DNA of 64,000 nucleotides, from positions 919,624-983,623 of the forward strand of contig BDGG01000009.1 in the NCBI GenBank assembly GCA_001949185.1. Direction: 5' to 3'. The DNA is from Ramazzottius varieornatus (Eukaryota > Animalia > Tardigrada). A program made the position numbers and the translations under genes. The notes beneath the pieces are model-generated. The model searched no databases and was not told where the DNA came from. It was given only the letters and a program-made list of their open reading frames with translations. Below are positions 1-11,955 of this stretch, one piece after another; the first letter of the stretch is position 1, and each line of letters begins with the position of its first letter.

Positions 1-62
1 GGTTTTATAGAAGTTTCTACATCACCAGCTTTTATGTAAACAGCTTTAAAGCAGCAATATTC

Positions 63-1596
63 TCATTTCTTTAATGTACCAAATACAATGTTTTCTTGCC
101 ACGGTACGCTTCCATAAGAACTAAAAAATTCAGAAAAATCTTCTCTTGTTCTGATAGCAGCACGTCCAGTCTTATTTCCGCTTAGTTTGAGAGGAATCAT
201 ACTTGCAGGCATCGTCTTACGCCAGGAACCAGGTACAATGCTACCGTCGGGAGCCTCGCTGTCCACCAAGGTTGGTTGGATGTAGCTCTCGCCGCTCTTC
301 GCATTTTCTTTTATCAAAAAATTATGCAGCGCGCAGCATGCTAGGGTGAGGTAGATGACCTGCATAGGTTCCAGGTCGATTGGTCCCTTGAAGATTCTCC
401 AATTTGCCGCAAGGATGCCGAAAGCATTCTCCACCACCCGCCGAGCCCTTGACGATCTGCAAGTTTTAATATACATAAAATATTCAGGCCGATTGAACAC
501 CTCTACGTACAAAATATCGAACCTGTAGTTGAAGATGCGTTCATGGCTATTTAAACTCGACGAAGCGTATCCTGGGAATGGTCGCAATAAATTTTCGGAC
601 ATGGGGAATGCAGCATTGGCCACGAACGCGTACGGTAGCATCTTCGAACACTGTTCTGGCTTTCTAGGAGGAGGTAGAACTAACTCCCCGTCGTTCAGAG
701 CTCGGCCCAGAGTACAGTTCTGCCACGTTCCACCGTCGCTTTCCACCGTCCAAACCCACCAACGTCCACATACTCAAATGTGTAGTCCGCTCTCGCTACA
801 GCCATAAGAACGACTGAGTGTGTTCCCTTGTAGTTGATCCACTTACTCCCACCATTTCTTGGTTTCTACAAAAAGTTTACAACCGTAAAAGGTTCACAAG
901 GAGAAAGGCGCCTAATCTCAAACATAGTTTTACCTTGATTTGGACATGTTTCCCGTCAATGGCGCCGATGCAATCAGGAAAGTTCCACATAGCCTAGAAT
1001 TTCTCAGCGTTCTGCTTCCATCTCTCCTTGCTTGGTTCACATATGTAGAGATCTTTCAGAGCATCGTATATGGCCTTCATTGTTTCTTTGAAAATTTGCT
1101 GATCGTTGTTTGAGATATAGCTAACGAATGGGCTGCCGCGGTCTGCGTGATACCCATTCCAAGAATTCTGTAAGAACATCTGCTCGTCATAACTCTCCCA
1201 TTCCATATACCAGATTAAGGAATACAAATATTACTTGGTTTTACTTTAAAGTCGGAACGAGTCGTTGTTCAGCTGTGATGGGCTGTATATGCATTGACTG
1301 ATGAGTTATCAACGGTGTGACTAGCTTTAGCAGCATCTTGAACAATGGCTCGGACATCCGGAAACATTCCTTGTAGTATTCCATGTCCTCTGCGAAGGTT
1401 TTCACTCTTCTCACGTACTCTCCAGATTCTCCCTATTCACGTTAACGGGACGGACATACCATCTTCTTGCCTTCCGTTGACGAGAAAGAAGGGATAAGCA
1501 TTGTTGTCGCTTGAGCGCCACTTTGCGTTGTTGTAATCTGACCAAACGTAACCGACAATTCAACAGTAAAGCAGTAACAGCAGATCTAAAATCCAT
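63..1596 (-). pseudogene. Degenerate PIF/Harbinger (HARBI1-like, DDE_Tnp_4) transposase
   Basis: Pieces translate to [92 protein letters not shown] and ACCALHNF. Frameshifts near 1420 and 746 and an in-frame stop at 994-996; the second catalytic D reads N (FVANAAFP). Confidence 0.88.
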
Positions 1597-2857
1597 TTCA
1601 AAAGAACGATAACTTTCCAAGGATAAGCGATGAAATAACTTCAGCGAAACAGGAGATCAAAAATTAAAGCGGGATTTATTGACAGTGGAACAGCAAAACC
1701 ATGCTGGCACAAGTGTCATAGCATACTCGGAACAACGGAATTTGAGTAGCGAAGACAGGTACTTGTGCTTGTTCCTGCTTAGGTCGCTACCGTCAAATTC
1801 CGATCTTTCGCTCAACAGAAAATTAGCTCAACTGCGACTAGGTCGCGACGGAAACCTAGCTTCCTGACCCGAGTATAGTACTGACCTAAGAAGTTTCGTC
1901 GAGCACGGGATGTCAAGCTGCTTGCGCAACAACCTGGTGTAATCATTCAGAGGTGCGTCGCCTGCCTTGCTTATCCGTGAGCCATGTTCGTTTGCCCACG
2001 TGGTTCGATACTGACTTACGGTTGCAGCTCCGCAGTGAGCCATATTTAGGTGTTAGCCGGACCTACGCCGCAAACGAAGGCGCTTCATGTACCTGCATAC
2101 ATATTTAATGGCCAACGCTCGATCTGTCAGGTAAAGCCGAACTGACGGTCTGTCCAAGCAGCTAAAGGTCGTCCAAAGTCATCCATTTGACCTCGACCTT
2201 TAATGGTCGCTAGTCCGGCAATGACTTTATCATTGGAAGACTGGCGTGACGTACGTACGTGTTCCTCTACACCCTTTAGTCTCTCTGACAGTACTCTAAC
2301 CGCGGGTGTATGCGCGGAGGACTCCACGCGTGGTGAAAAACTTTTTCCGCGCGTCCACTCGCGGCCCGCGGACTATGACAACAGTTTCACCAGAGTGGTT
2401 TCACCGCGGGTAAAGCACTTTTCCCGCGCCCGGATCCGCGGACTCCCAATGCTTACTGCCAGCAGGGTGATGCGGATTACGGAAAGAATTTCCGGAAAGT
2501 TTCAAATCGACGGAGACTTTCCTTCGGGATTCACGAACGAAGCCCCCCCCCATCCCTTCGTCTCGATAATGCACTAACCTTCGTGTGGAACTCCGGAAGG
2601 CTTCGGCTACATGTCTGAAGACGGAAGAATAAGTACGATTTCAGTTGCAGTACTTGTATGATTGGCACCTCATACTTTCTCGTGAACCACGAAGCGAATT
2701 GCAGATCTTAAATTTTTTCACATTGCTAAATTCAATCGTTTTGTCGAAGCTATCGTTTGTTCAAACCATCTGCAACTTCTTTGATCCCCCGCTAGACAGT
2801 TCCAATATTAATTAAAAATTAAAATTCGGTAAAATAAAAGCAATTCTAATGAGTTTG

Positions 2858-3400
2858 TAATTGACGCTGATTTTTGCTATTTGGCACTTCTCGGACAGGG
2901 CGAGTTTTCACCCCTCTAAGAACATGAGAATTTAAAGCTCATGGAGACACATCCAAATTTGAAATTGACACCAAATGACACGGTAATGAACCTTTGACCG
3001 TTGTCCGAAAAGTAGCTCATCACCGCTCCATGTATGGAAGAAAAACTGGCTTGGCGCGCACCTCCGTGTAGAATAGTATGTTAGCAAGGTTTGCGATGAG
3101 TCATAAGGGACAGGTTGCTGCGTCGCGGAAACAGCTGATTCCGCCCGCACTGCAAATCATGCATAGAAAACTGGTGCAAAGAACTCTCTTACAGTTCTCT
3201 TCCCTACATGGACATTTCCGCCAAAATTTTCCCATCCATTCGTTTCTCGCATGTCCCCAGCATTTGATATTTAGGGCATACTCCAGATAACTGCATAAGC
3301 TATTTGGAGAGTTTGACTAACACCCCTCCAGAAAACTCGTTTCCTAGACAATTTGGAATACACCTCGGAAGTGCCAATCAGAAAAAACCAGCGTCAATTA
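2858..3400. mobile_element. MITE-like element with ~35-bp imperfect terminal inverted repeats, TA at both ends
   Basis: Left taattgacgctgatttttgctatttggcacttc versus reverse complement of right end taattgacgctggttttttctgattggcacttcc; no coding capacity. Confidence 0.7.
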
Positions 3401-3407
3401 AAGTGCC

Positions 3408-3602
3408 TACTGTAAAGTGCTGATCACCTGGAATACTTTACGGACCAGGTCAGTGGGTTAAATCCGTCCGGGCGGATAGTTCTAGGCTATGTGTGGTGTC
3501 ATGTCGATCAGCTGATCGGTATAAACATGGATTAAATATCTGCCAACTATCTAGCCAGTCGGGGGTCCGTAAAATGTCCCAGCCATTCAGCACTTTACAG
3601 TA
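3408..3602. mobile_element. Short TA-flanked MITE-like element
   Basis: tactgtaaagtgctga...tttacggacc at the left and ggtccgtaaa...tcagcactttacagta at the right are inverted copies. Confidence 0.7.
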
Positions 3603-3631
3603 TACACCGTCCTCAATGGGTCATCAGCCAG

Positions 3632-3758
3632 CACACACGAGCTGCTGACTGTCGCCGTGTACTTTCGATTGGCTTGAATACTGCCAGAGATCATGATTGA
3701 TCAGTTGATCGACAACACAGTGGGTTTGTGCGCGGCGGTAGTCAGCAGCTTGTGTATG
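3632..3758. repeat. Degenerate palindrome (GAGCTGCTGA family, copy 1)
   Basis: cacacgagctgctgactgtcgccgtgtac pairs with gtgcgcggcggtagtcagcagcttgtgt; tgattgat-rich centre. Confidence 0.6.
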
Positions 3759-4598
3759 TCAGCCAGTGCCGGGCCAGCGCTGAGCGGTGGACGGAGATTT
3801 TTCAGCCTAATATCGAACTTTTCTCAGCTGTCACGTATGACCTGGCATGAACTATTACAATAGCCAATTTTGTCATCAGTGCGCAGATTCTACCCTACTG
3901 AACAAGAGACCTGGTGTTCGAAGGACATTCGGCACGACATCTTTCATATCAAAAAGATTGATCGACTGATTGCCCTTCCTGAGTTAGGCTGTACTCGGTA
4001 ACGTGGCGCCGATCCGTGTTTTCAGTAATTCGCTGAGAAAATCATCCGTCACTCCCCCGCTGTGCCTGGCATCGTTAGTTTCGCATCTCGCACTTCTTCA
4101 AATTTTGACTTCTCCTTCGGGCATAATTCTGTTTGAGAATCGTCTTGAGCGAAAATCTGGATTTGTCAACCAAGAGCCCCCCGCAAGAACACACTGTTGG
4201 TGCACGAGCAGGAGTCGGGCCGGATGTTGCTCTATACTATGGGCGTATAGCTAACTTAGACTGGAGCAGAAAGATTATCAGATCCAGGGAATAGCCTCTG
4301 CGCTTGTACTTCGGATCCAGTAATCGGACGTCCTAAATAATTCCCGCAACTTCTGATCGCTGGAAAGGTACGTAAGTCGAACTTGTTGTAAGTCGAGAAC
4401 TTGGATTCTGGATGTCACTTGATTGATCTCGAATTCTCATCTGTTCTTTGTTCTGCTTCAGGGAATCCATCCTCTGTCCTTATAAGCTTCCTGTGGAGTA
4501 CGTACAGACCGCGTTGCACAGATTTCCCTCTGGAGGAGGTAAGACACATCGTTGCCGTGGGCATAGCTGCAGGTATTCTATCCATATTTCTGGAGTTG

Positions 4599-4718
4599 GA
4601 GCTGGGCAAACAAAATGTACAAAAGCATTATTCTAAGTGGCGCACGCTTCGGTCCAATAACAACGACAAAGTGCGCCATTCGAGAAAGCGGTCTTATCGA
4701 GTTTGTTTGCCCAGCTCC
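4599..4718. repeat. TGGCGCAC-N25-GTGCGCCA palindromic element, 1 core, RCOR 5'UTR intron
   Basis: ggagctgggcaaacaaa ... tttgtttgcccagctcc arms around the core. Confidence 0.9.
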
Positions 4719-4793
4719 GAAGTTGGAGGGTAAAACTTAGCGAACCCTTTTGCAGTTTCCAACTTATTCTTACTTTCGTACTGTAGGCAAAAG

Positions 4794-5996
4794 ATGGCCT
4801 TGGACAGGCGTTTTACCAAGAATCCCAACAAGCTGCTCAAGCCCGACTACAGCATGGACTCTGCCCATGGACCAACCAAAGAGAAGGCGCTGATGCACAC
4901 CAGCAACAAGAAGATCTTCATCGGGCCAGCTTACCAAGCCGTTCTCCCGCCTCTCCTTGCCACCACCAGTCGCGACAGCTACGAAAGGTTCACCCCTGAC
5001 CACGAGACGCTTCTGTGGGAGCCCACCGATCGCGTTTCCGAAGCCAAGATCGACGCGCTGGTGGCCGAGCTCAAGACGAAAGGTTTCGACGAAGACCAGA
5101 TCCTGCCTTTCTTTCGCTACCAAGATTTCAACATCGACGCCACATTGCATGGTCTCAGTAACGTCTACGTCGGTAAGCAGGAAGGTATGCCTTTGCATGA
5201 CAAAGTTCTGTTCGTACAAGGCTATGGCTTTCACGGGAAGAACTTTGAGCGAATCCATGATCTCCTTCCCAGTCATTCAATTCACACACTCATCAGTCAT
5301 TACTACACTGAGTTCAAAAAGAGTAAGCAAAGTAGCAAGAATCCTGGAGCTCAAGTCAGACCGGAAGCGGATGTGAAGAAAATTACGGGCTTGCCTACTA
5401 ACCTCCACACTTCCCCAGATTTGTACCTTTCCCGTTCTCAGCATTTCAGTTCCCACCTTGACAAATTATCCCCCGAAGTGAGTTCCGACACAAACACAGC
5501 TCGTCCTGTTCCGACTGTCAAACACAGTGATCCTGATAGATTAGCCATCATTGAAACGTTGAATTCAGCTGGGCTGAAAGACGAAGAAGTGGCTCGAAAG
5601 CGAACAGCCAGCGAACGAGCAAGGATCCAAGAGCTGACGGAAGCGGAAGTGACGGCAGCAGAGAAGTTGGAGAAGGCCAAAGAGACTTTTCAGATAGCTG
5701 AAGATGAAGCGCTGAACGAGACCACGGTGGCGGCGCGGGAGGAAGAGCAGAAAGATCCTACACCGGTGTGGCAGCAGTCGGAGATCCAGATCTTCATGCG
5801 TTGCTTGGTGGAATTCGGGACGGACTTCACACAAGCTAGTCGTCTTTTGCCTAATAAAACTGAACAGCAAGTGCGGAATATGTACTATAACCGCTGTTAC
5901 TTTTATGGTCTAGATCAACTTGTCAAGTTTCATGAAACTGTTCAAGCAAAGCTGCGAGCTAAGAAGAACGCTGGAACGGATGGGAAATCTGTCTAA
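4794..5996 (+). CDS. RCOR: REST corepressor (CoREST)-like ELM2-SANT-SANT protein, single coding exon, 400 aa
   Basis: ELM2 IFIGPAYQAVLP..ETLLWEP; SANT1 DKVLFVQGYGFHGKNFERIHDLLP..LISHYY; coiled linker; SANT2 WQQSEIQIFMRCLVEFGTDF..LPNKTEQQVRNMY. 5'UTR intron ~4539-4786. Confidence 0.8.
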   Translation: MALDRRFTKNPNKLLKPDYSMDSAHGPTKEKALMHTSNKKIFIGPAYQAVLPPLLATTSRDSYERFTPDHETLLWEPTDRVSEAKIDALVAELKTKGFDEDQILPFFRYQDFNIDATLHGLSNVYVGKQEGMPLHDKVLFVQGYGFHGKNFERIHDLLPSHSIHTLISHYYTEFKKSKQSSKNPGAQVRPEADVKKITGLPTNLHTSPDLYLSRSQHFSSHLDKLSPEVSSDTNTARPVPTVKHSDPDRLAIIETLNSAGLKDEEVARKRTASERARIQELTEAEVTAAEKLEKAKETFQIAEDEALNETTVAAREEEQKDPTPVWQQSEIQIFMRCLVEFGTDFTQASRLLPNKTEQQVRNMYYNRCYFYGLDQLVKFHETVQAKLRAKKNAGTDGKSV

Positions 5997-6118
5997 TTTG
6001 ACTTAGTATCAATGTTGCTTTTCCTGCTCATATAACGTATTTCTTCGCCTGTCTTCGCCTGTTTTTACAAGTAAAAACAGAATATTAGACAACAAATTAA
6101 CGAGAATCTTCACCACAA

Positions 6119-6215
6119 ATGGGACGTCGGCAAATCCACCCAGGTCGCTCGTCAAGTGATGCACGTATTCAGCCAGTGACAACAAGAATGTGCGCTAATC
6201 GATCAGAGTCCCGAA
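6119..6215. repeat. Palindromic element, degenerate, between convergent 3' ends
   Basis: Left arm plus aagtgatgcac..gtgcgcta core. Confidence 0.65.
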
Positions 6216-6407
6216 TGACACTGGACAGAAGGATTCCAAATGCGGCGCAAAAAGCGAAAGACCTTCCCTTACGGAAAAACCACAGCGTCGTCGAGCCACG
6301 GAACAAGAAAATGAAACAGAAAACAAGGAAAGCTAGTTCGCATCGACAATTGAATCACGTGAAGAACAGATCGGTGAAGGCCGTCTTCGGAAGACTACGA
6401 AATCGAA

Positions 6408-8113
6408 TTAATCGCGACTGTAACCGTCGTCGAAATCTTCGACGACAATACTGCTCTTCTTCAAGTAAGAAGGGACTGTCGTAGGCTTGACTTTCCTGCG
6501 ACGCACAACCGCCTTACCCTTTGTCCCTTTGCCGGACGACATCAACTTGGTCAGTTCAGGGTCTATCGACGCGAAGAGGTTGTCGGAAAAGTTAAAGCGC
6601 TTCGTCTTTCTTGGTGGGGACTTTTCTTTCGGAGAGGGTGGCATCTTGCGGGGGACTTTCTTGATGGGGAATATTGTGCCATGCGAAGCATCTGCAAGTG
6701 GAGCACAGTTGCAAAAGACTGCGCCAAAATGGCTGAACATTTAAACCATGAGTGCTCAGCAAACTAACTCCTCCAAATCGCTTCCCACGTGACGCAAGCT
6801 GCCAGCCGATATCACTGACAACGTACGCGACTTGGAACAACGATCGAGTTTGTTTGCCGAAGTGGCGCACGTTTTCACTGTTATTGCCTGAAGGCGTGCG
6901 TCACTTGGAAAAATCATTTGGCTGAGAACGAACTTGCTTTCTAGAAATTCAGCTTTCTTTGAGGTGTCGGGTTCTCTGTTTTTCTTGACGATACGGAAGC
7001 TTCCATTCAAGACATCTGCCCCTGAACGAAAACTGTTACTTCTCGACAGCTGGGGCCTTCCTCCGGCTCCCGAAAATCTTGTGCTGTCCAGCAGCGGCGC
7101 TCTGAAGGACTGGAAGCTAGTGAACCCCTCGTAGGCCGGGTCGTACCGCTGATAACTACGATTTTCATCGTACAGCTTGTCACATAGGTTCTCATATTCG
7201 TCCAGAGGCAAGCTAAGCGAAGTACGATCGCCACTGTCCAGCTCATGACGATACTTCAGGGAAAAGTTCAAGTCCGTCGGTTCGGCTTCTTCGCTACCTT
7301 GTGAAGCTTCGTCTTCTTCCCACCAACCTACAGTGCAAAGATACAAGAACATTCGTCACAACATACGGGAGATCGGCAATCAAACTGGAGTTGGACAAGA
7401 TTGTTTCCCCAAGTGGCGCACGCGTTCAGTGTTTTCAACTAGAGCGTGCGTCACTTGGAAACCTGGCACGATTATTCTCCCATGTGGCGCACGTCTGCAG
7501 TGTAGTCTGGGAGCTGGCGCACGTCTGCAGTGTAGTCTGGGAGCTGGCGCCCGATCTTGCTGCGGTCAGCTGCACAGGTCCTATAATTATACGAGTCGTG
7601 TAGTCAGGGAAAGATAAGACTCTTACCTTGCTCCTCTTGACCATCAAGTTCGCTAGGGATCTGTCCTGACTGCGAAGACCAATCTGCAGGAAGGGACAGG
7701 TAGATGGATTCTTCGTCAGAGTCATTTTTCACTTCTTCCAGCTTAACGCCCGATTCTTCTTCTTCTTCTTCTGTTTTTGCGAAATTTAACGTACTGTTTG
7801 CGTCGTTCTTCTCGGTCCTGACTTCACTTTCATAAGCGTCATTTTTCGACACTACGGTGAATGGGTCGATGTACAGTTCAGGCTCAATTCGAGCTACTCG
7901 TAACACCGCACACTTTACGACTTGATCTTGAGTCGGACTAATTTTCGTCTGGGTCTTATCCGCATCGTCCTGCGTGGAGATGATGCGCTGAAAGTCGTCG
8001 TCGTGGATATCGACAGCAGACTGCCAACCTTCACTCTGGCTGTCATGCGTAGATTCCTCCAGCTCCCAGACGCTGATCGGAGGCGGCTGGGTGCAGTCGA
8101 TGCTCAACTCCAT
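6408..8113 (-). CDS. Hypothetical acidic/low-complexity protein, 3 exons (~8113-7627, 7328-~6935, ~6730/6691-6408)
   Basis: Three open frames joined across introns that each hold the palindromic element. No recognised domain; second intron boundaries ambiguous. Confidence 0.55.
6765..6935. repeat. Palindromic element, 2 cores, intronic
   Basis: Two cores ~75 bp apart. Confidence 0.85.
7366..7492. repeat. Palindromic element, intronic
   Basis: Arm, full core and an extra half-site. Confidence 0.85.
7485..7550. repeat. 30-bp tandem duplication seeded on an element half-site
   Basis: tggcgcacgtctgcagtgtagtctgggagc x2 plus a third tggcgc. Confidence 0.85.
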
Positions 8114-8803
8114 CCCCTCGAGGCTCTAGTCCACACTCCACAGATAACTTTACTCTTGACCGGGGCCTTATACCGTGGAAGAACAGAACAGGTACTTGAT
8201 GATATTGAAAAGATAGGATGGGTTCTAACCTACCTCAATCACCTGTTGCTCGCGCCGAGTCGTTATCATAAATTTTCCACCTTGAAAATTCCTTCTCGCG
8301 TTCCCATTGCACTTTTTTTAAGGCACAAGGACAGCTCTCGGATGCTTTACCTCCCGTGGACGTATTCCTTCGCGTTAGTCGGTGACAATCCACCCCGGAA
8401 GAAGATCAAACCCTTTGAAGATCGTTTTTCCCTTGAATCGATTCTGATTTGTGAAATCGTTCAAATCATCGTCCGGAAATCTGGATAGTGGATATTGGAC
8501 AAACTTTTGGGCAAACTGGAAATGAGCGCAATCTTGACGCACCCATGACGTCAAACATCGCAATCTCAAGATTGTCCCTTGTACCGTTTGTTTGATTGGT
8601 TGTCATCTAGCCACCAGCCTGCGGCTATAAGAGCACGATCATCGTGTCCTCGCTTGATTGGCCAGCTTGATGAAAGTCAGCCGATGCGGTTTCCTGTCAG
8701 GCCGCGCAGTGCAGAACAACAGCAATATGCGGGCTATGTTCCTGCGGTATAGCAGAACGCCGAAAAATTTGGCAGGCGAATCCTTCGGCTGGGATCTTCA
8801 CCT

Positions 8804-11058
8804 CTAACTGTCACCAGAACCATGGTCGTCTACTTCGATTTCCTTGGAAGTTCTGACCGAATGGCCCGGCTTTTGGTTCATAGTTCGAATAGCAGGGCTC
8901 TCCATGAAACCTCCACTCCTTTGTGCGGGTTCCCGATCTTCATCCCCGTTGTCCCATGGGGTGAAACTCGTCTGTCGTGTTGGACTGGCTACAGAGCTAT
9001 TCCGAGCCAGGTTGCTGGATCTCGTCGCTGTCGGCACTTCCTTGTTGTTAAGCGGTAACTGCAGAGCATCCATTTTAGTTTTTACGCGCATCAACGGCCA
9101 CCCCCGAATCAATGGCGCAGTTACAAACGCCAGCCAGGCTTACCAAAGAATCCATGCTGGTCTTCAGCGATGATTTCAGTGGATTGCGACTGCTCAGCGC
9201 ATCGTCCGATCCACCCATGAAATCTGACTTTCCGGCAGCCCGGAGACTGAATGCCTTGGTTGCCAAAAGAGGCACCGGCCGACCTACAAGCAGAAATTCC
9301 ATCAGACTGCGACCTGAGTCCTTCAAAAATCTTGCCACATACCGGCAGGTGCACTTCGAGGTCTTGTTGGTAGCTTCGCCTGATTCACTGCAGGTGTCTG
9401 CCGGCTCTCAAACTCCTCGCTAGCTCCCGACGAGTCGGATTCTTCGAACTTGTTCAGATCCTTTTCGTCTTTGCCATGTTCCAGGCTCGTACTCGGAGTT
9501 ATGTTTGGCCGATCCATTGGCGCCGGTTCCACGAAAGTTACCTTCTTTGACTGTGGCGACTTGAGTGCCGAAGGCAAGTCCGACACTCGCTTGGGTTTGG
9601 CCACTTCGACCTGCTCACGCTGCACTTCGGCCAACTTTTGGTCGACACTCTCCAACTTGCGCTTGAGTGGCTCAACAATCCTGTCCACTTCGCGCATCAG
9701 ACTTTCTGCCGAAGGTAAGCCAGAAGTCTCATACTCCACTTTGTCACTCAGTTGTCTCAATTTGACTTGTACATCGGGAAGATCTTTCAGAGATTCCTGT
9801 ATGCCTTCAATCTTCCTGATTGCTTGGTCAGTAGTTCGGAACTTGTTGTCAAACTCGATCAGCTTCGCAGTGACGTCAGCGACCTTGATGGCTCTAGAGT
9901 TCAGCTTTCCCTCAACGGTACCCACTTGCTCCGAAACCTTGTCAAGCCTTTCATCCATGTCCATAAAGTTTCCCTCCATATCCTTCATCTTCTTCAGTTG
10001 GAACTGCACAGCAGTTGACAGGCTATCGATCTTATCATCGCTTTTCTTCGTCGACTCTTGCAGGTACTCCATATCCCTCCGTACAGAGTTTACGCGCTCA
10101 CCAAGTGCCCTGCTACTTTCTTCATAACCTCCAAGTCGTCGAACTATACTGTGTACGTTATCATCAAGGAGTTTATTTCGATTCTCCAGAACTACCAGCT
10201 GGTCGAGAAAGTTGCGAAGGTTTTCTGTGGCGCCCATGATTTTACTTTGCATCTCCTCCTGCTTGCGGTCTGCGGCTGTCAGTTTGGCATCCAGTGATCG
10301 GGTCTTCACTTCCAACGAACGTAGCTCGGCCAATAGTTTCGCCGAACTACCGTCCACTATGCAAGCCTCACCGCTGGTCACCCTCGAAGCCATGTTTTGT
10401 ATATTGGTCAGTCTTTCGTCTAACTTATATAACACTGAAGTGATTTTCTGCGTGCGCTTCTCGTTCGAACAACGAAGGTCTTCCATTAAGGCATGCTTTT
10501 CTTCGCTGTCCGGCTGCGGAACATCGAAAGGTAGCGTTCGACTGGCTTCCCCGGAGTTGATGGGTCCGTGGCTTCCAAAGTCTCCCTGTGCTTGCCGTTC
10601 GGGCAAAACCCTCTCGGAGATTGCCGTCTGTGATGGAACGACATCTCGGAAGGAGCTTTGAACAATAGAAAGTGCCGTCTGGTTCTGTATGAGGCAAGCT
10701 GGACAGATGCTCAACCTCTCCCCTGTAAGACATTTCGTGTTACCTCAAAGAACGAAACGCACACGACTGCTACTGTGTCTCATGTGGCGCACACATCAGC
10801 CAAAAACACCACAAGCGTGCGCCACTTGGGAAAATAATCGAACTGGGCAAGATCGCCTTTCCAAGTGGCGCAAGGTTCCAGCCAATAACTTCGAGCAGAT
10901 GCGCCACTTAGAGCAACGATCCGATTCTTTTCGTTTACCGACCTTTCAATTCACGAAGCGGACTAATCGGAAACTGACGGAGACAAACAAAACATTCCGT
11001 GGACGCGGCTGGCACGGAATTTACCTTGTCGAACAGGAATATCGGATAGGAGGCCCAT
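8804..11058 (-). CDS. Long coiled-coil protein of unknown family, 4 exons (11058-11025, 10723-~9342, ~9283-9144, ~9059-8804)
   Basis: MGLLSDIPVRQG splices in phase into the 463-aa heptad-rich ORF; downstream GT-AG joins stay in frame to the stop at 8804. Confidence 0.7.
10755..10945. repeat. Palindromic element, 2 cores, intronic
   Basis: Cores at 10782 and 10863 (81 bp apart). Confidence 0.88.
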
Positions 11059-11955
11059 ATTGAACAGTTCCTTACACATGCCGCAAGGTTGATGGCCTAA
11101 AAGCGAGCCAGAAATCGTGTAACACACACAAATCTTTGACCGTGAGTGAACAAGGCAAAAAGATTAGGTCTTGGGGAACTTACGAGGGACAAGTCTTTTT
11201 TCAGAAGCAGGCTTTCTGTCGGTTTGAGTACTTGCGGTACATTTGTGAGAGTCAGTGCTGCGTCGAAGTCGTTTCCGACTGGACTCGCACACACAGACTT
11301 CCGCCGCGCTCTCGTCCGAACAACAGCCGGAAGACATATCATCGCGCGACAGTTTTCGTCGTTTTCCTGATCATGAAAGAAACGCTGGTGACATCGCCAC
11401 TTTATCGAGAAAACAGTGTCTGCAACGTGGGAAATAAGACTCACCTCGACGCGCAGCCTTGGATTCGCGACTTGTCTGATTCCCCATGAAGAGTACTAAA
11501 GTATATCGGCGGTTTCATGCACAAGTTCGACTTCTCGTGGTAGAATAGACGTCGAGGACGATCTCTACAACGCAGGGTTTGCACGGTGTAGCAAACCAAC
11601 CATTTATTTTGGATAGCAACAAGGGATTTTGACGATAGAGGAGTCGCTCAGCATCTGCGTCGATGTCAACTGAGCCCTTGCGAAGTTCCGTTTGTTTCAA
11701 AATTTCGAACGATTTCACGCAAATGCGGAACAGTAAAGCCAGTAACCCAGAGGAGGGCTTCACAATGCGTCACTCGAAAGCCACATTCGAGCCACTTTTA
11801 ATCTGCACGTACTGTATCCGAAATTCCGGATGCAACAAGCGAGAATGCATCGAAAGAAAGACAAGCAGTATCCAGGAGACAGTGTGATCCCAAATTGTTC
11901 GTTCTCTCTGACAAAGCCATTACGTAACATCAGTGAAAGATTGAAGTATCACAGT

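Noticed and set aside
6932-6937. GC-AG intron in the orphan gene (A|GCAAGT)
   Set aside because: An alternative GT donor 4 nt away with a different acceptor also keeps the frame; this cannot be decided without transcripts.
9450-10661. Long antisense ORFs over the coiled-coil gene (and similar ones over RCOR and REV1)
   Set aside because: Shadow frames expected from the codon bias of the real opposite-strand CDS.
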